Shown: positions 19,201 to 29,512, counted from the stretch's first letter. The stretch: DNA of 64,000 nucleotides from an uncultured Alphaproteobacteria bacterium (GCA_964276015.1 CAXYDO010000014.1:27199-91198); one strand, 5' to 3'. Program-made: numbers and translations. The notes: generated by a model from the letters alone, not told the origin.

Positions 19201-20157
19201 ATGGTGATGAATTTGCGGCGGGTGACAGTATTTGGCGGATCGGGCTTCCTCGGCCGCTATGTGGTGGAACGGCTGGCGGACCGTGATGTGGTGGTGAAAG
19301 CCGCCATGCGCGACCCTGAGGCTGCAAAACACCTCAAGACGCTGGGGCAGGTCAGCCAGGTTAATCTGATTGCCTGCGATGTGACCGACCCGGAAGCCGT
19401 CCGGCGTGCCGTTGCGGGCGCCGATGCGGTGATTAACCTGGTCGGTATTCGAGCCCCGCGAAAGCGTCAGACGTTCAAGGCTGTGCATGTGGATGCTGCG
19501 GCCACGATTGCCAGCGCGGCCCATGAACAGGGTTGCAAGGCTTTGGTCCATGTCTCGGCCATTGGTGCCTCAAGGACTTCGTTGTCGGAATACGGGCGTT
19601 CCAAGGCTGCCGGGGAGACCGCCATCCGCGATGCTTTCCCGGCCGCCTCGATTATCCGTCCGTCGGTGATTTTTGGCCGCGAAGATGGGTTTTTCAATCT
19701 GTTCGGTGGTTTGGCCCGGATGCTTCCGGCCCTGCCTCTATTTGGCGGCGGCAAAACCAGTTTTCAGCCGGTCTATGTTGCCGATGTTGCCGATGCGGTC
19801 ATCGCAGCGCTGTACGACCCGGCGGCCAACGGGAACGATTATGAGTTGGGAGGTCCTAAAGTTTACAGCTTTGCCGAGCTTATGGAGCTGCTGTTACACG
19901 AAATTCAACGCGATCGTTTTTTGGTGCCGGTGCCATTTTTCATCGGTGATATTCAGGCGACCTTCGCTGGGTTGTTGCCCAATCCGCCGTTCACACGTGA
20001 CGATATGAAGTCTCTGCGCGAGGATAATGTGGTGGCCGATGGTTCTTTGACGCTATCGGATCTTGGTGTGTCGGCAACGGCGGCGGAGGCCATTCTTCCG
20101 ACGTACGTCCATCGCTATCGCAAGGGTGGCCGGCTGGGCCGGAACTCGATTTCCTGA
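19201..20157 (+). CDS. NAD(P)H-binding protein, complex I NDUFA9-like / NAD-dependent epimerase family
   Basis: Rossmann motif VTVFGGSGFLGRYVV. The start was set to the ATG at 19201 (MVMNLRRV). Confidence 0.65.
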   Translation: MVMNLRRVTVFGGSGFLGRYVVERLADRDVVVKAAMRDPEAAKHLKTLGQVSQVNLIACDVTDPEAVRRAVAGADAVINLVGIRAPRKRQTFKAVHVDAAATIASAAHEQGCKALVHVSAIGASRTSLSEYGRSKAAGETAIRDAFPAASIIRPSVIFGREDGFFNLFGGLARMLPALPLFGGGKTSFQPVYVADVADAVIAALYDPAANGNDYELGGPKVYSFAELMELLLHEIQRDRFLVPVPFFIGDIQATFAGLLPNPPFTRDDMKSLREDNVVADGSLTLSDLGVSATAAEAILPTYVHRYRKGGRLGRNSIS

Positions 20158-20961
20158 TCAGAAGGCGCCGTAAGCCCAGGCGAGCAGAACCGCGCCAACA
20201 ACAATTCGATACACGACAAACACGCCGAAACCGGCGACACGCAGCCAGCGCATGAAGAGCGCGATCGCGGCGAAGGCCGTGATGAATGACAGGCCGGCGG
20301 CCAGCAGGGCGCCTCGGGTGAGTAGCGCGTTACCGGTTTCGAGGACCTGCATTCCGATCAGCAAACCAGCGCCCGCAATCGCGGGAACCGACAACAGCAT
20401 AGAAAAGCGCGCGGCATCGGCCCGTTCGTAGCCGAGGAACCGTGCCGCGGTAATCGTGATCCCGGATCGGCTTGTGCCCGGGATGAGGGCGAGGGCCTGG
20501 GCCAGACCAATGATCATTACATTGGGCAGGTTCAGATGCTCAAGGCGCAGGATTTTCATGCCGGTCCGGTCAGCGGCGAACAGCAGCAAGGCAAATCCGA
20601 TCGTGGTCCACCCAACGATCTCGATGGTGCGCAATGTGTTTTCGATCAGTGCCTGACCAAAAAATCCCGCCGCGGCGACAGGAATTGTAGCAATCACCAG
20701 ATAGCCCAGAATCTTACCGCCGTCATGGCGTCGGCCGCGCGCGGCCGACGCCAGCCCGCTGATCATGAAAAACAGGTCGCGCCAGAAATACAGCATGACA
20801 GCAAATAGGGTGCCGACATGGACCGCGACATCCATCACCAGGGTGTTTTCGGTCAGGCCCAGAATGTCGGACGCAATGCGCAAATGTCCCGACGAGCTCA
20901 CGGGGAGAAATTCCGTGATGCCCTGGATGGCGGAGAGAACAAATATTTCAAAGAACGTCAT
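20158..20961 (-). CDS. uppP: undecaprenyl-diphosphate phosphatase
   Basis: N-terminus MTFFEIFVLSAIQGITEFLPVSSSGHL and C-terminus PGTSRSGITI are BacA/UppP signatures. Confidence 0.85.
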   Translation of the reverse strand: MTFFEIFVLSAIQGITEFLPVSSSGHLRIASDILGLTENTLVMDVAVHVGTLFAVMLYFWRDLFFMISGLASAARGRRHDGGKILGYLVIATIPVAAAGFFGQALIENTLRTIEIVGWTTIGFALLLFAADRTGMKILRLEHLNLPNVMIIGLAQALALIPGTSRSGITITAARFLGYERADAARFSMLLSVPAIAGAGLLIGMQVLETGNALLTRGALLAAGLSFITAFAAIALFMRWLRVAGFGVFVVYRIVVGAVLLAWAYGAF

Positions 20962-21163
20962 AGCGTTTGGCCCGAAGACAACACGAACCGGCCTTATAGC
21001 ACCGGGTTATGTGGTCATTTAAGAGCTTCACGGACAAAATTGTGCCTGTTGTTCGCCTATCCTGATCGGGCTGGAAATGTTGTACAAACTTGACCCTATG
21101 GTGCGGGTTGAAGATCAATCTTCGGCCTCCGGTGCCGACGCACAACTTTTTTAGGAGCTCGAG

Positions 21164-22138
21164 ATGCCGAGTGATACCCAGTCCGACCCGACCACGCGGA
21201 TCAGCCCGCAACAAGCCGATGCATTGAAACGTAATGCGGAGATTGTCGCCGACCTTGGGGGGCCGGGTGAAGGCGTGGAACAGATTCGCGAGCGCGCAGA
21301 AGCAACCCGCTCGATTTGGAACGCGGGCGGGCCGGATTTGCCGACCAATGAAGCCCGAACCATCCCGGGGCCGTTCCGGGACGTGCCGGTCCAGCTTTAT
21401 AAACCATCTGAAGCAGGCGGGTTGCCGGTGTTTGTCTATCTGCATGGCGGCGGGTTCCGGATTGGCGGTCCACGGACCAATGATCGTCAGATGCGCGAAC
21501 TGGCGGCGAGCTGGGGCGGGGCGGTGATCAGTGCCGACTACCTCCATGTGCCCGAACACACCTTCCCGGATCCGGTTGATGAGATCGTCTCGGTCCTCGA
21601 ATGGATTGCCGAGAATGGTGAAAGCTGGGGCTTGGATTCAAACCGAATTGCTGTTGGCGGTGCCTCGGCCGGTGCGAGCATTGCACACGGCGCGGCGTTC
21701 ACATTGCGCGACAAGGGCCGCGGCGACCTGCTCAGCGCATTGGCCTCGCTTTACGGGGTGCTGGACTACAATCTGGAATCAGATTCGATGCGCGAACTTG
21801 GCGGCGGCGACTTCATGCTCACCAACGCCTATGTGCAGATGGTCTATGACGGGTATCTCCCGGAGGAAGCAGACCGGAGCGATCCGCGGGCCTTTGCCGA
21901 AAAGGGTGACCCGGCCGGGCTGCCGCCGGTGTTTATCGCAGCCGCGGAACTCGATCCGATCCGCGATGATTCTCTTACCTATGCCGAGAAACTGAAGTCG
22001 GTTGGACACCCCCATGAATTGGAAGTCTATGCCGGCGTGTTGCACGCCTATTTTGGCTACACCGGTGTGGTCGATGAGGCCCGGCGCTGTGTGGAAGACC
22101 TGGGTGTCTTCCTCGGCAAACATCTCGGGGAGGGCTGA
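21164..22138 (+). CDS. alpha/beta hydrolase (HSL-type esterase/lipase)
   Basis: Oxyanion-hole HGGGF (FVYLHGGGFRIGG) and nucleophile elbow GGASAGASIA. Confidence 0.75.
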   Translation: MPSDTQSDPTTRISPQQADALKRNAEIVADLGGPGEGVEQIRERAEATRSIWNAGGPDLPTNEARTIPGPFRDVPVQLYKPSEAGGLPVFVYLHGGGFRIGGPRTNDRQMRELAASWGGAVISADYLHVPEHTFPDPVDEIVSVLEWIAENGESWGLDSNRIAVGGASAGASIAHGAAFTLRDKGRGDLLSALASLYGVLDYNLESDSMRELGGGDFMLTNAYVQMVYDGYLPEEADRSDPRAFAEKGDPAGLPPVFIAAAELDPIRDDSLTYAEKLKSVGHPHELEVYAGVLHAYFGYTGVVDEARRCVEDLGVFLGKHLGEG

Positions 22139-22141
22139 TTC

Positions 22142-22306
22142 ATGGGCGTCGCGCTGGCCGCATTTTTCGTTTCGATCGTATTGATCTTTGTCGCGTTCCC
22201 GATCGGGATCGTCGTAACTCCCCTGACAGCCATTTGGGTCATCATTGCGTTTTGCGTGAAGGTCCTGGGCTGGAGCTTTGGCAGCAAGTCCAAATCCGAC
22301 GATTAA
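22142..22306 (+). CDS. small hydrophobic membrane protein (54 aa, two predicted TM helices); absent from the 60-aa ORF track
   Basis: The ATG at 22142 is 3 nt after the esterase stop. The protein is MGVALAAFFVSIVLIFVAFPIGIVVTPLTAIWVIIAFCVKVLGWSFGSKSKSDD. The call rests on hydrophobicity and gene context only. Confidence 0.35.
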   Translation: MGVALAAFFVSIVLIFVAFPIGIVVTPLTAIWVIIAFCVKVLGWSFGSKSKSDD

Positions 22307-22974
22307 TCCTCCAGGGCGCGGAGCAGCATGAACGCTTCGGCTGCCTGACACCCCGCTTCACTACCCCGTAAGGTCGCCAGGGCGCGCACGCTGTCCTCAC
22401 TGCGCGGAAACGGGTGGGGTGCGGATTCCTCGGCGTAGTGGGCAAGGGCGGCAACTTTCCCCGCGAGATGGTCGGGAATATCAATGTAGTGGTTCGGGCG
22501 GAAAGCGGTCATGGTCGGATCGATTCCGAACCCGGTTTCCGACAATGTTTCATAGGCGAAGACCTGCCGCTGCGAGCCGTAGCGGAACCATTTTGTGCAA
22601 GCGGCTGCAGCTTCGAGGGTAATTCGGTGGTCGCTGTGGGCATCGGCCGGATGCGGCAGAAACAGACGTTCCGGCGCGAGCGTTGAGATTACCTCCGAGA
22701 ATCCGCCGACCAGATCCGCGCGAGGTACCTGGTCGAGCTCGGCGGCCGCAAATCCCAACTGATGCACGCCGACAAAGCCGAAATGTTCGGCCACACTTGC
22801 GATGGTTTTGTCCCGCGCCTCAATCCGCTCGGTCGTAAACCCGGCGGCTTCGTGCATGGCGGTGACGATGCACCAATAGACGTCATCACCATTGGCGATA
22901 TGGCGCAGAATGGTGCCCCCAACGCCTAATGTTTCATCGTCGGGATGGGGGACGACAACAAGTACAACGCTCAT
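22303..22974 (-). CDS. PIG-L family deacetylase (LmbE-like)
   Basis: N-terminus VVLVVVPHPDDETLGVGGTI and a downstream HxDH motif. The start was set to the ATG at 22974. Confidence 0.7.
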   Translation of the reverse strand: MSVVLVVVPHPDDETLGVGGTILRHIANGDDVYWCIVTAMHEAAGFTTERIEARDKTIASVAEHFGFVGVHQLGFAAAELDQVPRADLVGGFSEVISTLAPERLFLPHPADAHSDHRITLEAAAACTKWFRYGSQRQVFAYETLSETGFGIDPTMTAFRPNHYIDIPDHLAGKVAALAHYAEESAPHPFPRSEDSVRALATLRGSEAGCQAAEAFMLLRALED

Positions 22975-23854
22975 AGATAGCTTCCTGTTTCGGGCAAGGG
23001 GTCGAAGGTGTGTTCGATGATTCGGAGCGCACCGAGGCCGCATTTGATGACAATTCCCGTCGGACTGGCTTCTAGAATTTTTCCGGGCTCCAAATCCTCA
23101 GCGGCCCCCGCCACGGTTTCGACCTGCCACACGATGCTTTCTGCGGTGCCGTTTCGGCAGGTCGCGCCGGGATAGGGCGGGCGGAGGGCCCGGACCAGGT
23201 TGCGGATGTTTTCGGCCGGCATTCGCCAGTCGATGCGCCCGTCATCGGGGGTGCGCTTGCGCCAGGAATTGCCGCTTGCTGGATCCTGTGCTTGAGGGTT
23301 GAGCGTGCCGTCAGTGAGCTGTGGCACGAAGCGGTGGAGCTGCCGGGGGGCGAGTTTCTGCAATCGGGCATAGAGCGTGCCGGCGTCGTCGTCATCATCC
23401 ATCGGGACGGGTTCCTGATCGATGATGGGGCCGGTATAGGCGCCGGTATCCATTCGGAAAACGTGGATGCGGTTTCGCTAAGACCGAGGAGAAGCGCCCA
23501 GATGATGGGGTGATGTCCGCGATTCGCGGGCAGGGCAGCCGGGTGGTATCCGATCACCCCGCGTGGCGGAATCGTCAAAACATCCGATCCGAGGAGCCGG
23601 TTTTAGCCAATGCAGAATATGGTGTCGGGTTCGTGTGCACCAATCCACGATGTCAGCGCCGCGGCGTCGACATCGTCGACTTCGAGGCAAGGAACGGCGA
23701 GGGCATCGGCGTCGCTTCGCAGGGACACGAAATCGCTGCCTTGGGGTGAATCACGGCGCGTGACGATACCCGCGATTGTGACGTCGGGCATGGATGAAAG
23801 TGTGTCGAGTACCGTACGGCTGAACATGACCGATCCGATAAAGACGATACGCAT
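22971..23854 (-). pseudogene. formyltransferase (Fmt-like) gene disrupted by an in-frame TAA (23603..23605) and a frameshift near 23465-23470
   Basis: Three collinear pieces align to methionyl-tRNA formyltransferase: the N-terminus MRIVFIGS...FCIG-TAA-NRLL..GVIGYHPAALPANRGHHPIIWAL, then a frame switch, then IHVFRMDTGAYTGPII...GTLYARLQKL. It overlaps the PIG-L start by ATGA. Confidence 0.5.
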
Positions 23855-24022
23855 GGTGTTGCATTCCCTGAGGGCAGGTATTGCCTGCGCCGGTCCTGTC
23901 GCTACTGTCTGGGCACATTCTCACGATCATTCGTGATTCGGCTCATGAGCATTAGCGGCATTCTCGGCCGGCGCGTCAGGGTCTTCCCTTGAATCGGGCC
24001 CCTCCGCTAGGGTCGCTGCGCT

Positions 24023-24706
24023 ATGCGGACCCTCTATCATCTCTGGCTTTGCCCTTTCGCACGCAAGGTTCGAATCGTGCTGGCCGAGAAGAAGCTCCCC
24101 TTCGAGTTGGAAATCGAAAAAGTCTGGGAACGTCGCGAGGGTTTTTTGGCCCTCAACCCGGCCGGCGAAGTGCCGGTGCTGATCGAAGCCAACGAGGCAG
24201 CTTGTGAGCCACAGGTGATCGTCGATTCCACCGCGATTTGTGAGTATCTTGAGGAGATCGAGCCCCAGCCCCCATTGCTCGGGGAAGGCGCCATCGAACG
24301 GGCCGAGATTCGCCGCTTGGTGGCCTGGTTTGATCTGAAATTCCAGCGCGAAGTGACGGTCAATCTCGTTGACGAGAAGGTTAACAAGCGCTTCTTGGGA
24401 TTGGGCGCACCATCTTCTTCTGCGATCCGGGCGGGACACACGAACATTGCCGTCCATCTCGCCTATATCGAGTATTTAATCGAACGACGGAACTGGCTCG
24501 CGGGTGAGAATTTCTCTCTCGCCGATGTGGCTGCCGCGGCGCAAATATCCGGCGTGGACTATGTCGGTGACGTTCCCTGGGAGGGCTTCCCAGAGGCCAA
24601 AACCTGGTATGCGCGGGTCAAGTCCCGGCCCAGTATGCGGCCGATTTTGGCTGACCATATTCCCGGAATTCCACCGCCCAAGCACTACGCCAACCCGGAT
24701 TTCTAA
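24023..24706 (+). CDS. glutathione S-transferase
   Basis: N-terminal thioredoxin-like fold (MRTLYHLWLCPFARKVRIVLAEKKLPFE...GEVPVL) plus a GST C-terminal domain. Confidence 0.8.
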   Translation: MRTLYHLWLCPFARKVRIVLAEKKLPFELEIEKVWERREGFLALNPAGEVPVLIEANEAACEPQVIVDSTAICEYLEEIEPQPPLLGEGAIERAEIRRLVAWFDLKFQREVTVNLVDEKVNKRFLGLGAPSSSAIRAGHTNIAVHLAYIEYLIERRNWLAGENFSLADVAAAAQISGVDYVGDVPWEGFPEAKTWYARVKSRPSMRPILADHIPGIPPPKHYANPDF

Positions 24707-24728
24707 ACCCGGGTCGCGTGGTTGGGCA

Positions 24729-25514
24729 CTAACGTTTCACATCCATCTGTTCGATGCCGGATTGGGCTGCTTTGGCCGCGGGTGAACCTGGGACATTATC
24801 GATCACCTGCAACCAAACAGCGCGTGCGTCGTCGAGCGCACCGGATTTTCGGTATAGCGCGCCGAGTTCGACCAGGGCGTCTGGTTGTTCAGGGGCGACG
24901 TCGAGAACCCGGTCGATGTCGTCGCGGGCGAGGTCATTGATGTCGAGCAGACGATAGGCCGCAGCACGAAAGATCAGCGCATCGAGATGGCCTGGTACAC
25001 GGTCGAGCGCGGACGAAAAATCGTCGATCGCCTCCCAGTATTTCCCCCCTCGTGCCAGAACCTCGCCCCGATCGATCCAGAGTTCGGGGTCACCTCCGTC
25101 CAGCTCTATCGACTTGCTCAAAAGCTCATGGGCCCGGCCGAGCTTGCGCAGGCGCAGCCAGACGCTCCCGGCCTGACCAAGAATTGAGGCGCGTTCGGCA
25201 TTCGAGGCGTCGGGAATTTCAGTGGCGAGTTCCTCGAGCCGGTCTGCAGCCTCCTCCATCTGTCCGAGACCGAACAGCGCGAGCGCCACACAATGCAGGG
25301 CCGGGGGGCCACCGCCTTCGTCGCGCCAGGCAATCGCCGCCTCGAACCCGGCTTCCGAGTTCTCCTGCGTCTGAATGATGCAGGCGCGGTAGGCGTCGGT
25401 GGAGGGTAAATCCGCAAGCCGTGTCGGGGTTTGGGCGTGTGCCGAACCCGCCAGCATAGATGTCGCGATGACGGTGGTAATTAAGGCGACGAGGATTAAT
25501 GGACGGCGCAACAC
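24729..25514 (-). CDS. tetratricopeptide-repeat protein, secreted
   Basis: Signal peptide followed by repeated TPR-like A/L/Y-rich 34-mers. Confidence 0.6.
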   Translation of the reverse strand: MLRRPLILVALITTVIATSMLAGSAHAQTPTRLADLPSTDAYRACIIQTQENSEAGFEAAIAWRDEGGGPPALHCVALALFGLGQMEEAADRLEELATEIPDASNAERASILGQAGSVWLRLRKLGRAHELLSKSIELDGGDPELWIDRGEVLARGGKYWEAIDDFSSALDRVPGHLDALIFRAAAYRLLDINDLARDDIDRVLDVAPEQPDALVELGALYRKSGALDDARAVWLQVIDNVPGSPAAKAAQSGIEQMDVKR

Positions 25515-25593
25515 GCAGGCTCCTATTGTGCGGGGAACGGTCTAGCAGCCGCGCGGAGTCTGCGCAAAATTCTGTCTGGCCCCGGAGGATCAA

Positions 25594-26469
25594 ATGTCTG
25601 GCAACGTGTTGTTCGTGTTCGGTCTCGGCTTTAGCGCGCGCGCGCTGGCCGCACGGTTGACGTGTGAAGGCTGGGAGGTGCGCGGCACGAGACGGGGAGC
25701 GAAATCCTCCCTTACGCTCACGGATGTCGGCCACACGACATATGCGTTCGACGGTGTGACACCGCTGGCTAATTTTTCTGAGGCGCTGGAGGGGGTGACC
25801 CATCTCCTCGTATCCGTGCCCCCGGGTGCCGACGGTGATCCGGTGCTCCGCCATCACAGCACTGAGATTGCCGCGTGCGCCGAAAAGATCAAATGGGTGG
25901 GTTATCTCTCAACAACAGGGGTCTACGGCGATCGCGCGGGAGATTGGGTGGATGAAAAATCGCCCCTCGACCCGGCGACCGAGCGTGGCGCGCGACGGGT
26001 TGCCGCCGAATCAGGATGGTGTGATCTCTGGCGCGATCATGAGCTGCCGGTTCATTTGTTTCGTCTCGCGGGCATCTACGGTCCCGGGCGCAACGTGCTC
26101 GACACGGTGCGGCAAGGCAAGGCACGCCGGATTGTGAAACCGGACCAGGTCTTCAGCCGCATCCATGTGGATGATATTGCTGCGGTCCTGACGGCCTCAA
26201 TCGCGCGACCCAATCCCGGCGCGGCTTATAATGTTTGTGATGATGACCCGACTTCGCCTCAGGACGTGGTGGTCCATGCCTGTGAATTGCTGGGTGTCGC
26301 ACTACCGCCCGAGATCGCCTTTGAAGATGCAGAACTTTCAGAGATGGCGCGCAGTTTTTACGCGGAATCCAAACGTGTTTCGAACACCCGGATCAAGGAA
26401 GAGCTCGGCGTCGAACTGATCTATCCGGATTATCGGGTCGGGCTGGCCGCTTTGCTGGCGGCCAGCTGA
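25594..26469 (+). CDS. NAD-dependent epimerase/dehydratase (SDR superfamily) protein
   Basis: N-terminal Rossmann region VLFVFGLGFSARALAARL. 291 aa. Confidence 0.6.
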   Translation: MSGNVLFVFGLGFSARALAARLTCEGWEVRGTRRGAKSSLTLTDVGHTTYAFDGVTPLANFSEALEGVTHLLVSVPPGADGDPVLRHHSTEIAACAEKIKWVGYLSTTGVYGDRAGDWVDEKSPLDPATERGARRVAAESGWCDLWRDHELPVHLFRLAGIYGPGRNVLDTVRQGKARRIVKPDQVFSRIHVDDIAAVLTASIARPNPGAAYNVCDDDPTSPQDVVVHACELLGVALPPEIAFEDAELSEMARSFYAESKRVSNTRIKEELGVELIYPDYRVGLAALLAAS

Positions 26470-27269
26470 TCGCACAGTTGCGCGATGATAGTGGTCATGC
26501 GGGTCAGATTGACCGGTTCGGAAAGTCGATGGTCGCCGTCTTTCACGAGGATCAGTTCCACATCGTCAGACGTGAGCGCGTGCATCAGTTTTTGCGACTG
26601 GGTCCAGGGTACGTCCGGGTCGGCGGTGCCGTGGATCAGCCGAACCGGAAGATCCAGAATGAGAGGCTCGCGCAGGACAAGATGGTCGCGTCCGTCTTCG
26701 AGCAGCGCGCGGGTGATGACATAGGGGTTCTCGGAATATTCCGAGGGGGCCTCGAAGAACCCGTCGGCTGCGATCTGCGCCAGTACGTCGGTACCCAGTC
26801 GGGCAGGCATCAAATCTTCGGTGAAGTCGGCCGCCGCTGCGATGGTGACCAGGCCAGCAACCCGAGGTCCGTTTTCGGAATTCTGCAGTTCCCGTGCTAC
26901 CAGGGTCGCGATCCAGCCGCCCATGGAGGAGCCGACCAATACAAGGTCTCCACTCAATCCAGGCATTGTTGCGCCGACGTGCCGGATGACCGTGAGCGCA
27001 TCGGTAAACCAGCGTCCGATCGTGCCATCACGGAACGCGCCGCCCGACTGGCCGTGGCCGGAATAGTCCAGGCGCAGAAAGCCGCGTCCGGTTTCTTGCG
27101 CCCGAGTCTCCAAAACGGTTGCCTTCTGGCCCGTCATGTCAGACATAAAGCCACCAAGGAACACGACGCCGGGTCCGGGGTCCGGATGCGTCGCCGGGGT
27201 TGCAAAGAATGCGAGCCGCGTGCCGTCTTCGGCCTCGATAAATTCGGGTGAGCTGTTGGTGGAAACCAT
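26430..27269 (-). CDS. alpha/beta hydrolase
   Basis: Only the C-terminal 279 aa of the 650-aa track ORF look real: nucleophile elbow GSSMGGWIA with a downstream Asp/His. The start was set to the ATG at 27269 (MVSTNSS). The rest of the ORF is antisense to the GT4 gene. Confidence 0.6.
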   Translation of the reverse strand: MVSTNSSPEFIEAEDGTRLAFFATPATHPDPGPGVVFLGGFMSDMTGQKATVLETRAQETGRGFLRLDYSGHGQSGGAFRDGTIGRWFTDALTVIRHVGATMPGLSGDLVLVGSSMGGWIATLVARELQNSENGPRVAGLVTIAAAADFTEDLMPARLGTDVLAQIAADGFFEAPSEYSENPYVITRALLEDGRDHLVLREPLILDLPVRLIHGTADPDVPWTQSQKLMHALTSDDVELILVKDGDHRLSEPVNLTRMTTIIAQLCDQLAASKAASPTR

Positions 27270-27290
27270 CGATATAGGAACGCTAACTGA

Positions 27291-28544
27291 ATGAACGACA
27301 GTCCCGAGCCTAGCACCGTCCCCGATCCCGGGCGAACAGCGGCGCACGCGGCGTTGGACACGGCTGCGCGTCTGCCGGTCGTGCTGCAGGTCCTGCCGTC
27401 TCTCGATGTTGGTGGGGGCGGGGTGGAGCGCAGCGCTATCGATGTTGCTGAAGCCCTCGTCCTGGCCGGAAAACGCGCCATTGTGGTCTCCGAAGGCGGT
27501 CGTCAGGTGGTCGAATTGGAACGCCGTGGCGGGATCCATATCGAATTGCCCCTGGCCTCCAAGAACCCACTGGTGATCCGTCGCAATATCCGTCGGCTGG
27601 CTGAGGTGATCGAACGCGAAAATATTGAGCTCGTCCACGCCCGCTCGCGGGCCCCAGCCTGGAGCGCCCGCGCGGCTGCCCGTCAGGAAGAATTGCCCTT
27701 TGTGACCACGTTTCACGGCACCTACAATTTTGGCACCGGCCTGAAGGGTGATCTGAAGAAACGTTATAACGCCGTGATGACCGATGCGGATGCGGTGATC
27801 GCCAACTCGCAGTTCATCGCCAACCATATTGACGAAAACTACGCCGTCTCCAGCAAGAAGGTGCACGTGGTGCCACGCGGCGTCGACACCGCACGGTTTG
27901 ATGCCGATGGCTTCAACCCGAACCGAATGGTCGAGATCGCGACCCAATGGCGTATGTCTGACGAGAATATGGTCATCATGCTGCCCGGACGTCTGACCCG
28001 CTGGAAAGGTCAGCTGCTGTTTATCGAAGCTTTGGCACGGCTCCGCGCGCAACGCGGCCCCGACAATTTCCGGGTAACCGGATTGCTTGTCGGCTCCGAT
28101 CAGGGGCGCGAAGCTTATCGTCGTGAACTCGAACAACAGGTGTCCGATAAGGGGCTGGGGGGCAGCGTGCAGATTGTCGGGCATTGCGACGACATGCCGG
28201 CAGCCTACATGCTCTCGGACGTGGTCGTGTCCGCCTCTACGGACCCTGAGGCGTTTGGCCGGGTTATTGCCGAAGCCCAGGCCATGGGGCGCCCGGTCGT
28301 CGTGGCTGATCATGGAGGGGCTGCCGAACAGGTCATTGATGGGGTCACCGGCTGGCGGTTCGCGCCGGGTGATCCGCAGCAATTTGCCGACGCGCTGGAA
28401 ACGGCCCTGTCACTCGACACCGGCGCGCGCGCTGCCCTGGCGGAGAAAGCGTCTGCGCATGCCCGCTCTCAGTACGCCAAGACCGGGATGTGCGCCGCGA
28501 CTTTGCGCATCTACGCCGCGGTCTTCGAAAAATCGAAATTGTGA
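27291..28544 (+). CDS. glycosyltransferase family 4
   Basis: GT4 C-terminal E-x7-E region (FGRVIAEAQAMGRPVVVADHGGAAEQVIDGVTGW). 417 aa. Confidence 0.8.
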   Translation: MNDSPEPSTVPDPGRTAAHAALDTAARLPVVLQVLPSLDVGGGGVERSAIDVAEALVLAGKRAIVVSEGGRQVVELERRGGIHIELPLASKNPLVIRRNIRRLAEVIERENIELVHARSRAPAWSARAAARQEELPFVTTFHGTYNFGTGLKGDLKKRYNAVMTDADAVIANSQFIANHIDENYAVSSKKVHVVPRGVDTARFDADGFNPNRMVEIATQWRMSDENMVIMLPGRLTRWKGQLLFIEALARLRAQRGPDNFRVTGLLVGSDQGREAYRRELEQQVSDKGLGGSVQIVGHCDDMPAAYMLSDVVVSASTDPEAFGRVIAEAQAMGRPVVVADHGGAAEQVIDGVTGWRFAPGDPQQFADALETALSLDTGARAALAEKASAHARSQYAKTGMCAATLRIYAAVFEKSKL

Positions 28545-28552
28545 GCGAACCG

Positions 28553-29473
28553 ATGAAACGTATTCTGGTGATTAAGCTCGGCGCGTTGGGCGACGTGGTG
28601 CAGGCGACGGGGCCCTTCTCGGCGATCCGCGCCCACCATCCCGACGCCCATATCACCTTGATGACCGGTCCGGCCTTCGCCGCATTTCTGGAGACGTCGA
28701 ATTGGTTCGACGATGTTTGGGTTGATGAACGACCGGGCTGGCGAAACTGGCGCCGCTGGTTTTATCTGCGCCACCGGATTCGGCGCGCTCGGTTCGACCG
28801 GGTCTACGACCTCCAGACCTCGGGCCGGTCGAGTAGCTATTTTCATATTCTGTTGCCCGGGCGGCGTCCGGAATGGTCCGGCATTGCGCGGCTGGCGTCG
28901 CATCCCCATGCCAACAAAAATCGCGACAAAATGCACACGATCGAACGTCAGGCCGAGCAGCTTGCCATGGCCGGAATTCCAGAGACCCCAGCACCGTCCC
29001 TGGATTGGGTCGAGGCCGATATCTCGCGCTTTGGAATCGAGAAGCCTTATGTGTTGCTAGTACCGGGCGGATCGGTCCACCGGCCCGAAAAGCGCTGGCC
29101 CGTGGGAGCCTATACCGAGCTGGCGCGCCGGCTTGCGGCTAAAGGGGTTACCCCGGTGCTGATTGGGGCGGGGGCGGATGCCCATGCGACAGGCACGGTG
29201 GATTCGTTTTGTGAGGCCGCGCGCGACCTCACCGCCGAAACCAGCTTTGCCGATATTGTCGCCCTGGCCCTCGGCGCGGCAGGTGCGGTCGGCAACGATA
29301 CCGGCCCCCTACACATCATCGCGACGGCAGGTTGTCCGACCGTCGCGCTCTATTCCTTTGCTTCGGATCCGGCGCTATGCGCACAAAAGGGTACCGATGT
29401 AACGATCCTGCGGCGTGACCTGTTAACGGAACTTTCCGTCGAAGAGGTTGAAGCGGCACTCAAGCTGGATTAA
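28553..29473 (+). CDS. glycosyltransferase family 9 (LPS heptosyltransferase-like)
   Basis: N-terminus MKRILVIKLGALGDVVQATGPFSAIR and C-terminus GNDTGPLHIIATAGCPTVALY are typical of GT9. The start was set to the ATG at 28553. Confidence 0.75.
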   Translation: MKRILVIKLGALGDVVQATGPFSAIRAHHPDAHITLMTGPAFAAFLETSNWFDDVWVDERPGWRNWRRWFYLRHRIRRARFDRVYDLQTSGRSSSYFHILLPGRRPEWSGIARLASHPHANKNRDKMHTIERQAEQLAMAGIPETPAPSLDWVEADISRFGIEKPYVLLVPGGSVHRPEKRWPVGAYTELARRLAAKGVTPVLIGAGADAHATGTVDSFCEAARDLTAETSFADIVALALGAAGAVGNDTGPLHIIATAGCPTVALYSFASDPALCAQKGTDVTILRRDLLTELSVEEVEAALKLD

Positions 29474-29512
29474 GTCCAGCCTTTACCTTTTATCTTTTAG
29501 TATGGGGACGAT

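Noticed and set aside
26430-28382. 650-aa minus-strand ORF
   Set aside because: Only the last 279 codons encode a recognisable alpha/beta hydrolase. The upstream 370 codons are the antisense of the well-supported GT4 glycosyltransferase gene (27291..28544). They are Arg/Gly-rich frame noise typical of high-GC DNA.
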